Origin: Seison nebaliae
Lineage: Eukaryota
Length of the DNA: 64,000 nt
Reading direction: 5' to 3'
Assembly (NCBI GenBank): GCA_023231475.1
Contig: JALJEE010000715.1
Span: 1-64,000, forward strand
This document shows positions 25,450 to 36,220 of the stretch, piece after piece (within the stretch, counting starts at the first letter, position 1; each line of letters begins with the position of its first letter). The notes beneath the pieces were generated by a model. It was not told the origin of the DNA, did no database searches, and saw nothing but the letters and a program-made list of their open reading frames with translations. A program made the position numbers and the translations under genes.

Positions 25450-26210
25450 ATGAGTTATCTTCAAACAACTAACGAAGATGAAAAATTAGCAGAAGCGAAT
25501 AATTTGATAGATAACCCTCCTCCCTATTGCGCAATAGGCGAACCTGATTATCGTCGCAGTACTCCTAATCTTACACCTCAGTATCCTATCACTGCTGGTC
25601 CGACACTTTATCAATCGAATCCATCTATCGTTTATCCTGCAGCAACATTTCCGTTATATCAACAAACAATCCCCACAACGATTTATGTGAATCAAAATGT
25701 TGGCACGAATTCGATTGTCGGAATGAAATCACCACATTGTATTCCTACATTAGAAACGGTGACAAAAAGACATGAAATCGTGTTTGGAGGAATCAATACC
25801 GGTAATGAATTTTCAATAAGTTTACAACAAGGAAATTCTTTAAGTCCTCAAAATACCCCGCTTAATATTAGTGTAAATTTAAACACACGTAAATTTTCAA
25901 TGAACACTTGTGTGAACGGTCAGTGGGGGAGGTCTCTTGTTCAAAAAAGATGTTTCATTTTACAGCCGAATTCAAAACGTTTTCTTATTAAAATTGTTTG
26001 TCGTCGACATATGTTTAAAGTTTTCATTTTGACTCCACAACATTTATTCCAATTCTTTTTTAGATCATGTTTAATGGGAAACATATCATGAACTATTATT
26101 ATCGTCAACCATTGGCATATATTAATCATTTAATGGTTAAAGGAGATTGTGTGACTGATGTTCTAAATGTTCGATATACATATCATTATTATGGTTGTCA
26201 GATAGTTTAA
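25450..26210 (+). CDS. Galectin-like protein A (Pro/Tyr-rich N-terminus, degenerate CRD, C-terminal CQIV; intron 26020-26063; 238 aa)
   Basis: FSISLQ...MNTCVNGQWG...FLIKIVC, and spliced exon 2 IMFNGKHIMNYYYRQPLAYINHLMVKGD...YYGCQIV*. Paralog of the next gene with an intron at the same position. Confidence 0.8.
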
Positions 26211-27857
26211 TCGAATAATATCAATATGAATCGGACGAATAGCAATGATCTTATTTTGCGATTATCATCCCAATATCATTCTAAAAGGAAAATGACATTT
26301 GCCCAATCATTCCACATTGTCAAACAATTTTAAGAAAATTTTCATACAACTAAATAATATGCACTCACTATCATAGTCCAAATAATATTTATTTGAATTG
26401 AAGTTTTGTTATTTTAATTTATGTTAACCTTTCTTACATACGATTTACATTTACCATATGAAATGAAAAATATTATAAACAAAAGAACATTCATCATTAT
26501 GAAAAATTAAAAATTTATTCCTAATAAAATTGTTCTTCCAAAAGTGTCATCATTAGGGAAATATTCTTTTAAACTTAAGCAATAACCCAAACTTGCAAAA
26601 CAGCACATATACATGTGATGTAATTGGAACTAGTTTAATATAAGTTTTAATTATCAATAATTTAGTAATCGACATAATGTTCTCGGATAACCATTCTTAA
26701 CAATTTCCCCTAATTTATGATCTCATGATATAATTGGTATATAATAAGAAACTGTGATAAATAATGCTGTTAATTAACAGAATTTAGACCTCATCGAATT
26801 TCCGAGATTGAGATCCTGTAGTTTAAATTTCCTATCATTTCGACACTTGATAATTAATTTATCTCCAATAATGAAACTGGACAATTTTTTTCTCACTTGA
26901 TTGAAGAATTGATAACTCATTTTGCTCGATAGATTTATTTATTAGTTGCAAGTTGCAAATCAAATTTCCCTCGAATTCAGCTTAATGACTTGGTGATCGA
27001 ACGAGAGTTGTAAACCGAGTTATTATTTGAAATATCCCTACTTCATCTGATGACTAAAGCAAGAGGAATATTTCATCAAAAAGAAACCACCCCTGAGCTG
27101 CCATTCAATGATTAATCAAATGAACTTAATAACTGTAAGCATTCGATAATACTCAATACATTAATCGACCAGGACTCCCTCGATCAACGGATAAAATCTC
27201 ATTGATATCGATTACGACAAAAAAATTGTCAGTTGTTTCTTATTTAATCTGATGGGAATTTTTAATAAATAAATGATAATATTACTTTCAATAATGATTA
27301 AGTTATAGAAATATGATGTTATACAGTCTATAACACCTCTTCAGTTCGGCTGTTTTTTCTTCAATCATTTTTTCACCTATGTTTTATTCTAGGGAGTGCC
27401 ATGCATTACTTTGAACATTGATATGATATATCTATCAACTTAACTAATTTTCCTGAATATTGTTCTTTCGTTCGTTCCGAACATGCTGATATTCCAGTAT
27501 TGGAAATGTTCATGGATATAATGGAAGAGTGAAACACGAATCGTAAATATTCCAGGAATATATAGTAATATTAAAATTAGAATAATTTGTGAAATAATAA
27601 GTGAAGCGACTCTTATCATTAAACAAATGGAAATAATTTTAATGAATCATTTTATACATCGAAATATGTTAAGTCTCAACATTCAGTTGGCGAATGTAAT
27701 TTACCAAAGTAAACAAATAACAATTTTAAAAGATTGCTTCATATTACGTCGTTATAAAAGAAAAATATTTCAATAAGGAATAAAGAATATTGAATTATAA
27801 AAAATTGTAAATTTATTTTAGTTTATTGAATTATTGTATAAAGATAAATATTATACT

Positions 27858-28591
27858 ATGAATCCAAATTACCCTAATTCGATGTATCCCAACGTTCCCG
27901 GTGGTTATCCACAACAAGGTGGTTATCCTCAACAAGGTGGTTATCCTCAACAAGGCGGTTATCCTCAACAAGGCGGTTATCCTCAACAAGGCGGCTATCC
28001 ACCTCAATCGGGAGGTGCTACTTATGCACCAAATATGGCACAACAACAAGCCGCTGCTCCCCCATATCCTTCACCGATGGGTACTGCGGGAATGATCACA
28101 GGAATAGGAACACCTTATTGTACACCGATTGCTGGTGGAATGATACCTGGACGAATTGTTATATTTCGTGGTGTTGTAACAAATGATTCATTTTCCGTTA
28201 ATCTACAAGGAGGATATTGTTTGGAACCGAACAATGTTTATCTTCATATAAATCCACGAATTAGCGAACGAGAAGTCGTTTTGAATTCTGCAATTCAAGG
28301 TAACTGGGCCAACGAAGAAAGAAGTAATCGACGATTAAGATTGACTGCTGGTGAGCCATTTGAGTTGAGAATATTATGTAAAAAATATTACTTTAAAGTT
28401 CCTTTATTATTCTTTCTTCAATTCTTATCTTAACTCCATTCTTTTAGATTGGATTGAATGATCATCATATCGCTAACTTCCGTCATCGAGCTTCTTATCA
28501 AGCCATCGATCATGTGTTGGTAAGAGGAGATTGTACAATCGAATATCTTCAAGTACATTATACGGAAGAAGAATCATGTTCAATACAATAA
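27858..28591 (+). CDS. Chimera-type galectin B (GGYPQQ repeats, intact CRD, C-terminal CSIQ; intron 28398-28447; 227 aa)
   Basis: HINPR...VVLNS...NWANEER keeps the canonical galactoside-binding residues. Exon 2 reads IGLNDHHIANFRHRASYQAIDHVLVRGD...EESCSIQ*. First ATG is at 27858 (the track start is TTG). Confidence 0.92.
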
Positions 28592-30166
28592 AAATCATAT
28601 AAATATATGTTATAAGTAAAATATTGGATTTTATTTAATATTAAACTGATTGAATTTGAATTTACACCTCCATTATAAGAATATCTTGAAAATATTTTGA
28701 AAACATTAAAGATTTGAGTTTCTCTTGTCTACCACAATTATAATACAGAACGTTAATGTCACTTCTGTTATTGGTTATTCCACCGTTATTACAAGACCTC
28801 AACCTGATGAAATCGAAACTTAGAGAAAGCCATCGAATTAGGTTGCCAATACTTCAGAAATCGGTCAACCGTCCTGTTTAGCTTTCTCTTAAGAGATTTG
28901 AGGAAGAAGTTATAAAAATTAAATTTAACCTGGGCCATTTTCTCAGTAACTTCGGAAGTGAGTCCTAAAATTATATAAAATGAAACCTGAAAAAAACTTA
29001 TACCGAGTAATATGCTTTGAATGATATATATATTATTAACTATATTAACGACAGGAAGGCCCAAGGAAGGTGGACTTCACGCCCACTCGACGATGATCAG
29101 ACAAAGATCACATTACCACCTGAGTTCTGGTGTGGAAATATTTCATGTAGAAAGCGGTCATACAGGAATTGTCCAATGTACAAATATGACACTGAAGAAT
29201 ATACATTATTTGGGTTAAGTTTTATAAAAGCCTTAACTATGCATCTGGGATGAAATTAGATGAATTGAAAAATGAAAATTTAGAAAATTCAACCGTGAAG
29301 GAAGAAGCATTTAATATGGCTTTTCGCTATGTGATGAATCGGTTACAAGGATATAATGTAACTGAAACAATAGAAAAATGCATAATAAATTTAATTGAAG
29401 AAATGGTGACGACAGAAACCGTATTGAATTTCAAATATCTTTACAATTGACAGCATTTTACAAAATCAATTTTCCCTAAATAACCATTGTAAGTAAAATG
29501 TTTCTACATTCTGTTGCATTAGTTAGAACATTCAATTTGAAGTGGTAGTATATCGATATATTGATTATATACTATTATAATAATAAGATTATACCGGTAG
29601 AAAATGTGAAAGAATTCCTTAATTCTGTTAACTTACAATTGAAAACCATTCGGGAACGAACTGTTTGGCAACATGTTTATAACGATGCGAATTTATTAAA
29701 AAACTGTTAATTTTAAATTTCTTTATCAAAATATATTTTCACGGGAGGGATTTGTTGATATACAAAGTTGAAGTTGAAGAAGTCGAAGATGATTTAGAAT
29801 TAACTCAAGATGGTGATTTGGAGTTCACGCAGATTATGAAATCGATTACCATCCGAATTATCAAAAGAATTTTCATCCCATCTTATTATTTACAAAGATT
29901 CAATTGGTGAGTATGTGTCTTTGAGTAGGAGCAAAAACCTGGTGTAATACTTTTTGGCTTAATTTTATTTTATTTTTCCTACTTACATAATTTTTTGAAT
30001 TCAACGGTTGGTGTACTATCAAACGGGACCGTGTATCATCCCTTTGTTAGGTATAAATTCATTTCTTTAATCAATTGTAGTTTAATTAACTGCATACGTA
30101 TAACACCAATCTGAGAAATTGACATAAAAGAATATCATATCAGGGATAAAAACAAATACACCATGG

Positions 30167-30174
30167 TATAAAAG
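30167..30174 (+). promoter_or_regulatory. TATA box of the Gly/Met-repeat gene
   Basis: TATAAAAG 44 nt upstream of ATG 30211. Confidence 0.5.
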
Positions 30175-30210
30175 AATATTCTATTTCCAGAGTTCCATAC
30201 AATATTAAAC

Positions 30211-30573
30211 ATGAAAACTACAATTATAATTCTCTTGCTTACATTCACATTGGCTTACGGAAAATCGGCATTTAAAAATTTTTCGCCATTGAGATTCTTT
30301 AGTAAAAATGGAGGAAATGGACAATCTGGTGATATGCCAATGATGGGAGGTATGGGCGGTATGAGTGGCCAAGGAGGAATGGGCGGTATGAGTGGTCCAG
30401 GAAGTATGAGAGGTATGGGAGGTATGAGTGGTCCAGGAGGAATGGGAGGTATGAGTGGTCCAGGAGGTATGAATGGTATGGAAGGTATGAGTGGTCCAGG
30501 GGGAATGGGTGGTCAAGGAGAAATGGGAGATATGGGTGATATGGAAGGTTTGTTGGGAGGTCCCGAATTCTGA
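30211..30573 (+). CDS. Secreted Gly/Met-rich repeat protein (120 aa)
   Basis: Signal peptide MKTTIIILLLTFTLAYG, then 9-aa GGMGGMSGP repeats with synonymous codon variation. Confidence 0.8.
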   Translation: MKTTIIILLLTFTLAYGKSAFKNFSPLRFFSKNGGNGQSGDMPMMGGMGGMSGQGGMGGMSGPGSMRGMGGMSGPGGMGGMSGPGGMNGMEGMSGPGGMGGQGEMGDMGDMEGLLGGPEF

Positions 30574-30635
30574 ATGGGAATGTTCCCTGAATGGGCCCAG
30601 GTGCAAAGGAGTAAATTAAACTAGAGATATAAATA

Positions 30636-30726
30636 TACATAAGATTTTAATTTAAAATCTTATGTAGAGAATTTTCTTATGCAGAAAAATAAACTATTAG
30701 AAATTTAAAATTTTTAAATTTCTAAT
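30636..30726. repeat. Two adjacent perfect inverted repeats
   Basis: TACATAAGATTTTA-att-TAAAATCTTATGTA (30636-30666) and ATTAGAAATTTAAAA-t-TTTTAAATTTCTAAT (30696-30726). Confidence 0.85.
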
Positions 30727-31044
30727 TGATTTGATGTGTAGTTATTAATTTTATCAAAATAATCATGAAATTTTTAATTCAATAAAGTTCTACATCTTAT
30801 TTATCTAATTCCAATATTAGTTCCAAATATTATGATACGTATTAAAAAAAAACAGAAGCTTCATTGGTTTAAAATTATCATCACTTCTACGTAAACGTCG
30901 AGATCAACAATGAATCTCAAATGCTGGGAGAATAAAACTGTTTTTCATCGACCATCTTTAACTATAAGTAAGGTACTGCTTTTAAATTTTAACTGCTATT
31001 AATGTTGAATTTTATTTTACCATGTGCAATCAATGTTAAAATTA

Positions 31045-31340
31045 GTGCTGTTCACACGAACACGAACAAAAATTGACGGTTCTCGAATAGAATTGTGACA
31101 TCTCGTTTTTGAAAAACAGTTTGACACGAACAAGATACATTGTTATTGGTAATGGAGACTATTGGTAATTCGTGAGTGGGAAGTTCATCAAGAAAGGGCG
31201 AATAGACACAATTTTGGTCAATGTTTGTCATTAATTACAATGTAAGAGTTGCTTTGAAAGGGTTATAAGAAGACTCAATAAAAAGAAGCTTATTGAGAAA
31301 TATCTCATTCGTCTTGCCCCACATGACGGTAACCAATGTA
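31045..31340 (+). mobile_element. Possible PIF/Harbinger relic
   Basis: TTA followed by GTGCTGTTCACAC (Harbinger-like terminus). Downstream peptide WEVHQERANRHNFGQCLSLI resembles Harbinger transposase N-termini. No partner TIR found. Confidence 0.25.
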
Positions 31341-31750
31341 TAACGATAGTTACAGATGCTGTTACTTTCCCCTCCGAGTTACTTTCACCCCGAAAAAAAA
31401 AAGAGAATTGAACACATAAATAAAAATTTAAGTGGTTTATACTTACATTGTTATTTTCTTATAATTATCGGTATCAGATTTATTGGAAAGAGAATTTAAT
31501 ACTCTTTCAAATGAATATAATTTCATCTCAAAAAATTAAATATTAATTTAAAAATTTTAAGAAAGAATTTCAGTTTTTTTTTGATTTTTTTTCAAAAAAT
31601 TCAATTTGTATTTTATAACCTCTCCATAAAGTTCTACGTGTGGATGAGATTCTTACCAGATGTTTTATAATAGTCTGAAATGGACTAACAAGTTAGATGT
31701 TATTATTAAGATTTTTCCTTCAACTATTCTGTCTCAACAAAAAATTAAAA

Positions 31751-32502
31751 ATGAAAATTCTGATAATTTTTTCTGTTTTCATTGGCACAATAATTGCTAA
31801 AGTTTTATAATTTATCTCCTTATTGAACTGAAAAATACAAATTATCAAAAAGGATTTGTTATCTCTAAGCATTAAGGAGGTGGAAAAGATTTTTGATCAC
31901 ATCAAATTTGAAGATTTACCTTATGCCGTTCAACAAGAAATTACTAATATAAAATCCATCAATTCTTTAAGTCGTGGAGATACTTCGTTATTATCATACT
32001 AACAACTACTCTTCTTAATCTTCCTTAGAAATTACTGTTGTGGTCAACTAGTCCATCTCAATGACAGTCACAAAATTGTCATTGAACATTTATATCATAT
32101 GGAACACTTGACCGTATTGAGATATATGAATGTGAAAATTGGTCATGAATCTTGTGGATTTTTAGGTATGACAAGTTGTACTCGTTACTCAATAAGAACT
32201 CAGTTAAATTATTAATTTTTAATTTCTTCTAATGATTTTTGTTGAAGTGTCGAATCGCAAACTGTATCGAAACATAAACCATTTTCAAGTTTTGCTGATT
32301 GTGACAAGAAAATATGTTGTGAAGGTTATATCAATCTGTTTCACACTTGCATGAGTTAGTAAACAAAGAAATTTAATTATTTTAATTTATTTTTAAAAAA
32401 TTTATATTATTTTCAGCTTATGCAGAACTTTTGTCCAATCCAGCGTTAGTGAAATATGCTCAGGAACATATAAACGATTTTAGTGGAATAAAATCCATTT
32501 AA
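31751..32502 (+). CDS. Secreted Cys-rich EMI-domain-like protein (5 exons, 183 aa; not in ORF track)
   Basis: Exons 31751-31801, 31853-31986, 32029-32202, 32248-32354 and 32417-32502 join in frame: signal peptide MKILIIFSVFIGTIIA, NYCCG...SCGFLGMTSCTRY...ICCEGYINLFHTC. Confidence 0.8.
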
Positions 32503-32524
32503 ATTTTTTATTAGAATAAAAACT

Positions 32525-33775
32525 CTATTTTTTTAAACGTCTTCGTTTTCGTTTAGGTAAGGGTGGAATTAATCGACCATCAATCGGTAACGGATCACCA
32601 CCATTCATTTTGAGTATATCTGTTAAAATATTGATATATTGTATTGCCAATTTCAATGTAGCTATCTTGCTCAATTTGGGCAAAGTTGCATTGTTAGTTT
32701 GTTCGACTATCAGTGAATTATCGTGTTTACATTTCAGTTTGACTATTTGAGAATATTTTATAACATTCTCACTCAAACTGATATCGTCATTGTCTGTATC
32801 AGAAGAAAGTTCATCACTTTTCCCTTCGCTACAATTAGAAACGATTTCTGCGCATTTCACCGTTTTGTCGCAATTAACATCGTTACTTTTCGTTATTGTT
32901 ATAATTATGATCGGTCGTTCTAAATATTGATAATTCCTCAATTTTTGACAAGGCGTCTCACATTTATTAATCGATCCAATTACTTGTTCATACAAACGTC
33001 TCCAGAAACGTTTTTCATAAATTTTTTGTTTTTTCAAAATTTTCTCTTCCTCTTTCTTCAATTTCTCTAATAAATTACTCATATTATTTTTCGTGGGGAA
33101 ATGGAGTGGTATTTGTTCATTTTGACATTTGGGCACTTTATTTCTGGATTGTGTGACGATTGTATGTGTATCATTATAGACAGAACTGAGATATTGATTA
33201 ATCGATTCTGCTGATGGTTCATCAGCTTTCCGTTTTTGAACTGTTTCGTTGATTGTTGTGAAAGGAATTGGTAAGGAAAAGTTACTCGTGGGTGCGACGA
33301 TTGGAGTGAAGATATTATTTCCATCTTGACAATTCATCAAAGGCATTGAGGATAATTGGGGGAAATAATACGGTGAAACATAAGAAAGTCTTTCCAAATT
33401 ATTGAATTGTGTATCGATGGAATGTTGTAATTGGAACAACTCTTCATTTAATCGATTATTCTGCCAATTATTGTAAACGTTCAATTCGTCATTTGTTGCC
33501 GATTTGGGTTTCGGTCCATAATAGAAATTTGTATTAACAGCACCGCCACAATTGTAGTTATAAGCTGAGCGTAATGGACGTGGAACGATTAACCTTAACT
33601 TATCGAATGCTTCGTTCAAAGCTTTCATTCGGGTAGTACAACGACTATTTAATGATTCTGGAGTCATTTCAATAGAATCGTCGTTCATCGAAGGCATTTG
33701 AAGAACATTCATAAAAGAAAAATTATTTTTCGAACAATTGAAAGTCGATGGATAATGTAGATTATAAAACATCAT
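32525..33775 (-). CDS. Class A (atonal/twist superfamily-like) bHLH protein with split domain
   Basis: Helix 1 RMKALNEAFDKLRLIVP (aa 49-65), helix 2 KLSKIATLKLAIQYINILTDIL (aa 367-388), C-terminal NLS-like PKRKRRRLKK. Confidence 0.8.
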   Translation of the reverse strand: MMFYNLHYPSTFNCSKNNFSFMNVLQMPSMNDDSIEMTPESLNSRCTTRMKALNEAFDKLRLIVPRPLRSAYNYNCGGAVNTNFYYGPKPKSATNDELNVYNNWQNNRLNEELFQLQHSIDTQFNNLERLSYVSPYYFPQLSSMPLMNCQDGNNIFTPIVAPTSNFSLPIPFTTINETVQKRKADEPSAESINQYLSSVYNDTHTIVTQSRNKVPKCQNEQIPLHFPTKNNMSNLLEKLKKEEEKILKKQKIYEKRFWRRLYEQVIGSINKCETPCQKLRNYQYLERPIIIITITKSNDVNCDKTVKCAEIVSNCSEGKSDELSSDTDNDDISLSENVIKYSQIVKLKCKHDNSLIVEQTNNATLPKLSKIATLKLAIQYINILTDILKMNGGDPLPIDGRLIPPLPKRKRRRLKK

Positions 33776-34422
33776 TTCTACTTCATTAGAGAGATCTGGT
33801 GATGAACATGGAAACTAATTGATAAAGTAAACATTTTCTTTAAAGTTTCTGGGGAAATCTCTACCCGAATTAAGGCAGTTCACTCCAGATACATTTCACT
33901 CTTCACTTCTCCTCATAGTCAACGGTTATCCCGCTAATCGCATAGAGCACAATTATCCAATAATTACATTCCACCTAAATCAATTTCCTTTCTTACTTCC
34001 TCCTCTCATTGAGCATTTTTTAATCAAATTAATTTTTGATTAAAATTGATCTTGTCCATTACGATGGTTATGAAGATACGACCATTTCCATTTATTTCTA
34101 ATCAATTATTAGTTAATTAAGTTTAATAATCATTTTTTTGGTTAATAAAATTTTATAAATGAAAATGTTTATTATTCACAGTATAGGTTTAACAAAGTTT
34201 TATCAAGCACAACACAATGCTCCTCATTTCTTCATAGAAATAAAAAACAATTTTGAATGGCAAAGTCAATATATAGTTTTAATCTAAAAATTGTAATGGA
34301 TCTTTTATGGATAAAGATTGTTGGCATATATTTGTAATCCAATCAGATTATTTAAAGTTATAAGTAAAGTGGAATACTGGACAAAAAGTAGTAATTAATT
34401 TAATTATTTATTATAAAATTCT

Positions 34423-34469
34423 TTCTTTATCCCGACGGGAATTTTAAATAAATAATAATAATAATAAAA
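34423..34469 (+). repeat. Short dispersed copy of the 3012-3038 tail followed by (TAA)n
   Basis: TTCTTTATCCCGACGGGAATTTTAAAT is identical over 27 nt. Confidence 0.7.
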
Positions 34470-34782
34470 TCAAATTTGCTCGGGGTAAATTAAAAAGAAA
34501 ATAAGATAGATAATAATATAATAGGAGTTGATGAATATATAATATGCAATGAGGAAAAAGGAGAACAATAAAATATTAAAATAAAATAATATAGTTCTTC
34601 TTAAAATCTTCTTAAAAAATTAATTAAAAATTATGTTTTCCCGAAGTGCTTAAGCTCAATATATCTCTACTATTAATTGATTCATCGAGTTTTTGAGAGA
34701 TGATGGTAAAAGTGAAGAGGAGAAGAATGAATCTGAAGCTTTTGACGTCAAACTTCATTTCTGCTTGTTGTATTAGAAAATA

Positions 34783-35141
34783 ATGAGTTTCCGGCATGTT
34801 GGACGACGTCTTCTGTCGACGGCAACAGAAGCAACCGTCAAACCGAAGAGAAATATGTTGGCAAAATATTTCGATTTACCAGATAAACCGTTAGTATGAA
34901 TTCTGATGGATTGCTCTCAAATTTATTCAATTGAAGTGTTAAATATCGAGATATGCGAATGAAGAAAGTACCGGCCGACAAATTTTTAGGTCGTGCCGGA
35001 ATGACGATAATGTGGGCGTGGATCTTTTATCATTGTATGGAATATCCAGAAATGATTCTCGGTCATAAATCACCTCCAGATCCGACATTGTGGACTAACG
35101 AAGAATTAGGAATTCCGCAATTACCTGAACATATCAAATAA
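34783..35141 (+). CDS. NDUFB2: NADH:ubiquinone oxidoreductase subunit B2 (AGGG); intron 34890-34936
   Basis: Mitochondrial presequence MSFRHVGRRLLSTA, MWAWIFYHCMEYPEMILGH..PDPTLWTNEELGIP. A CRE-like TGACGTCA lies at 34743-34750. Confidence 0.9.
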
Positions 35142-35289
35142 TTTAGACACAATTTTAGATTTGGATTGAGAATGTTCAAAATTTCTAATTCGAACAGACG
35201 AATTTTAATAAATTTATTATTTGGGTTGAAATTTCTATGAATATTCTCATCAGAATTTTTAATGTTTTCCAAAAAACGAAAATTTAAGG

Positions 35290-35380
35290 AATTTAAAATT
35301 TTAGGAGAAATTTTAGAAATTTAAAATTTTGTGAGAAAATTTTTGAAATTTAAAATTTTGGGAGAAAATTTTTGAAATTT
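35290..35380. repeat. AT-rich minisatellite (~29-nt unit, ~3 copies)
   Basis: AATTTAAAATTTTRKGAGAAAWTTTTWGA-like units. Confidence 0.6.
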
Positions 35381-35395
35381 GAATTTTTCCATTTT

Positions 35396-35899
35396 TCATT
35401 TCAGTAAATATGGAGGTGGTGTTCGTTGATGATTGAGAATGTAGGACATTTCAAACGGTTCTCTTACATTCGGTTTTCCAGCACGATGTTTGTCATCAGT
35501 CAAGATGAATTTTCTACTGGAATTCTCGTTGGATGTGATCGGTTGAAGTTTTAAAGAACTTAACAGATCTCCATTGAATATTTTGGGTAGTTGTTTATTA
35601 GTAAATTTGTTAACATAAACTTCATTGAAAGGATCATAATAAACGGGATTCTTTTTATCACTAAAATTTATGGAGTTGTAGGGATGACATGATTGGAAGT
35701 CAGGTAGATTGATTTGTTTTCGATCGATGTTATTTTCTCGATTTTTGATTTTTGGTAGTGATTGTTTGTGAAGTGGAAGTTCGTAGAGTTTCTGATATTT
35801 CCAATCAATATAATGAGGACAAGTGAAGTGATGTGCATGTAAGGCATAAGGATTATTAGCAGAGAATCGACATCTTCCTTTACATTTCAAATTTGGCAT
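35396..35899 (-). CDS. Uncharacterised 167-aa protein, probably ciliary
   Basis: Open 167 codons in AT-rich DNA, Pro/His/Tyr-rich, X-box ~80 nt upstream. No family recognised. Confidence 0.6.
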   Translation of the reverse strand: MPNLKCKGRCRFSANNPYALHAHHFTCPHYIDWKYQKLYELPLHKQSLPKIKNRENNIDRKQINLPDFQSCHPYNSINFSDKKNPVYYDPFNEVYVNKFTNKQLPKIFNGDLLSSLKLQPITSNENSSRKFILTDDKHRAGKPNVREPFEMSYILNHQRTPPPYLLK

Positions 35900-35978
35900 A
35901 ATTTCTTATTATTTCTTATCAGACAAATAAATTAATGATAAGGAGAGTATAATATTTAAAATAATATTCATTTATGTA

Positions 35979-35992
35979 ATTGTTATGGTAAC
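35979..35992 (-). promoter_or_regulatory. RFX X-box-like motif
   Basis: GTTACCATAACAAT on the minus strand, with a perfect GTTACC half-site. Confidence 0.5.
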
Positions 35993-36220
35993 AGAGAAGT
36001 TTTTCTTGACAAACTTTAGTGAAAGAAATTTGTAGATGAGAGAAAGTCGAGTCAGAATGAGAAGAGAATTCTTTGAGAATTCGTGTCTCTATGTCGGGAG
36101 CATTATATCAACAATTTATTAGAAAAGTAATAATAAGTTAGCATTTTTAAATGTTTTCTTTTCTTGAGAAAAAAAGAGAAGAAAAAGAGAGTAGAGAAAG
36201 AAAAATAAAGAAATATCATT

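Noticed and set aside
27080..27200. Minus-strand IEWQLRG resembling Helitron Rep motif 2
   Set aside because: Lacks the H-x-H and is surrounded by stops. Too weak to call.
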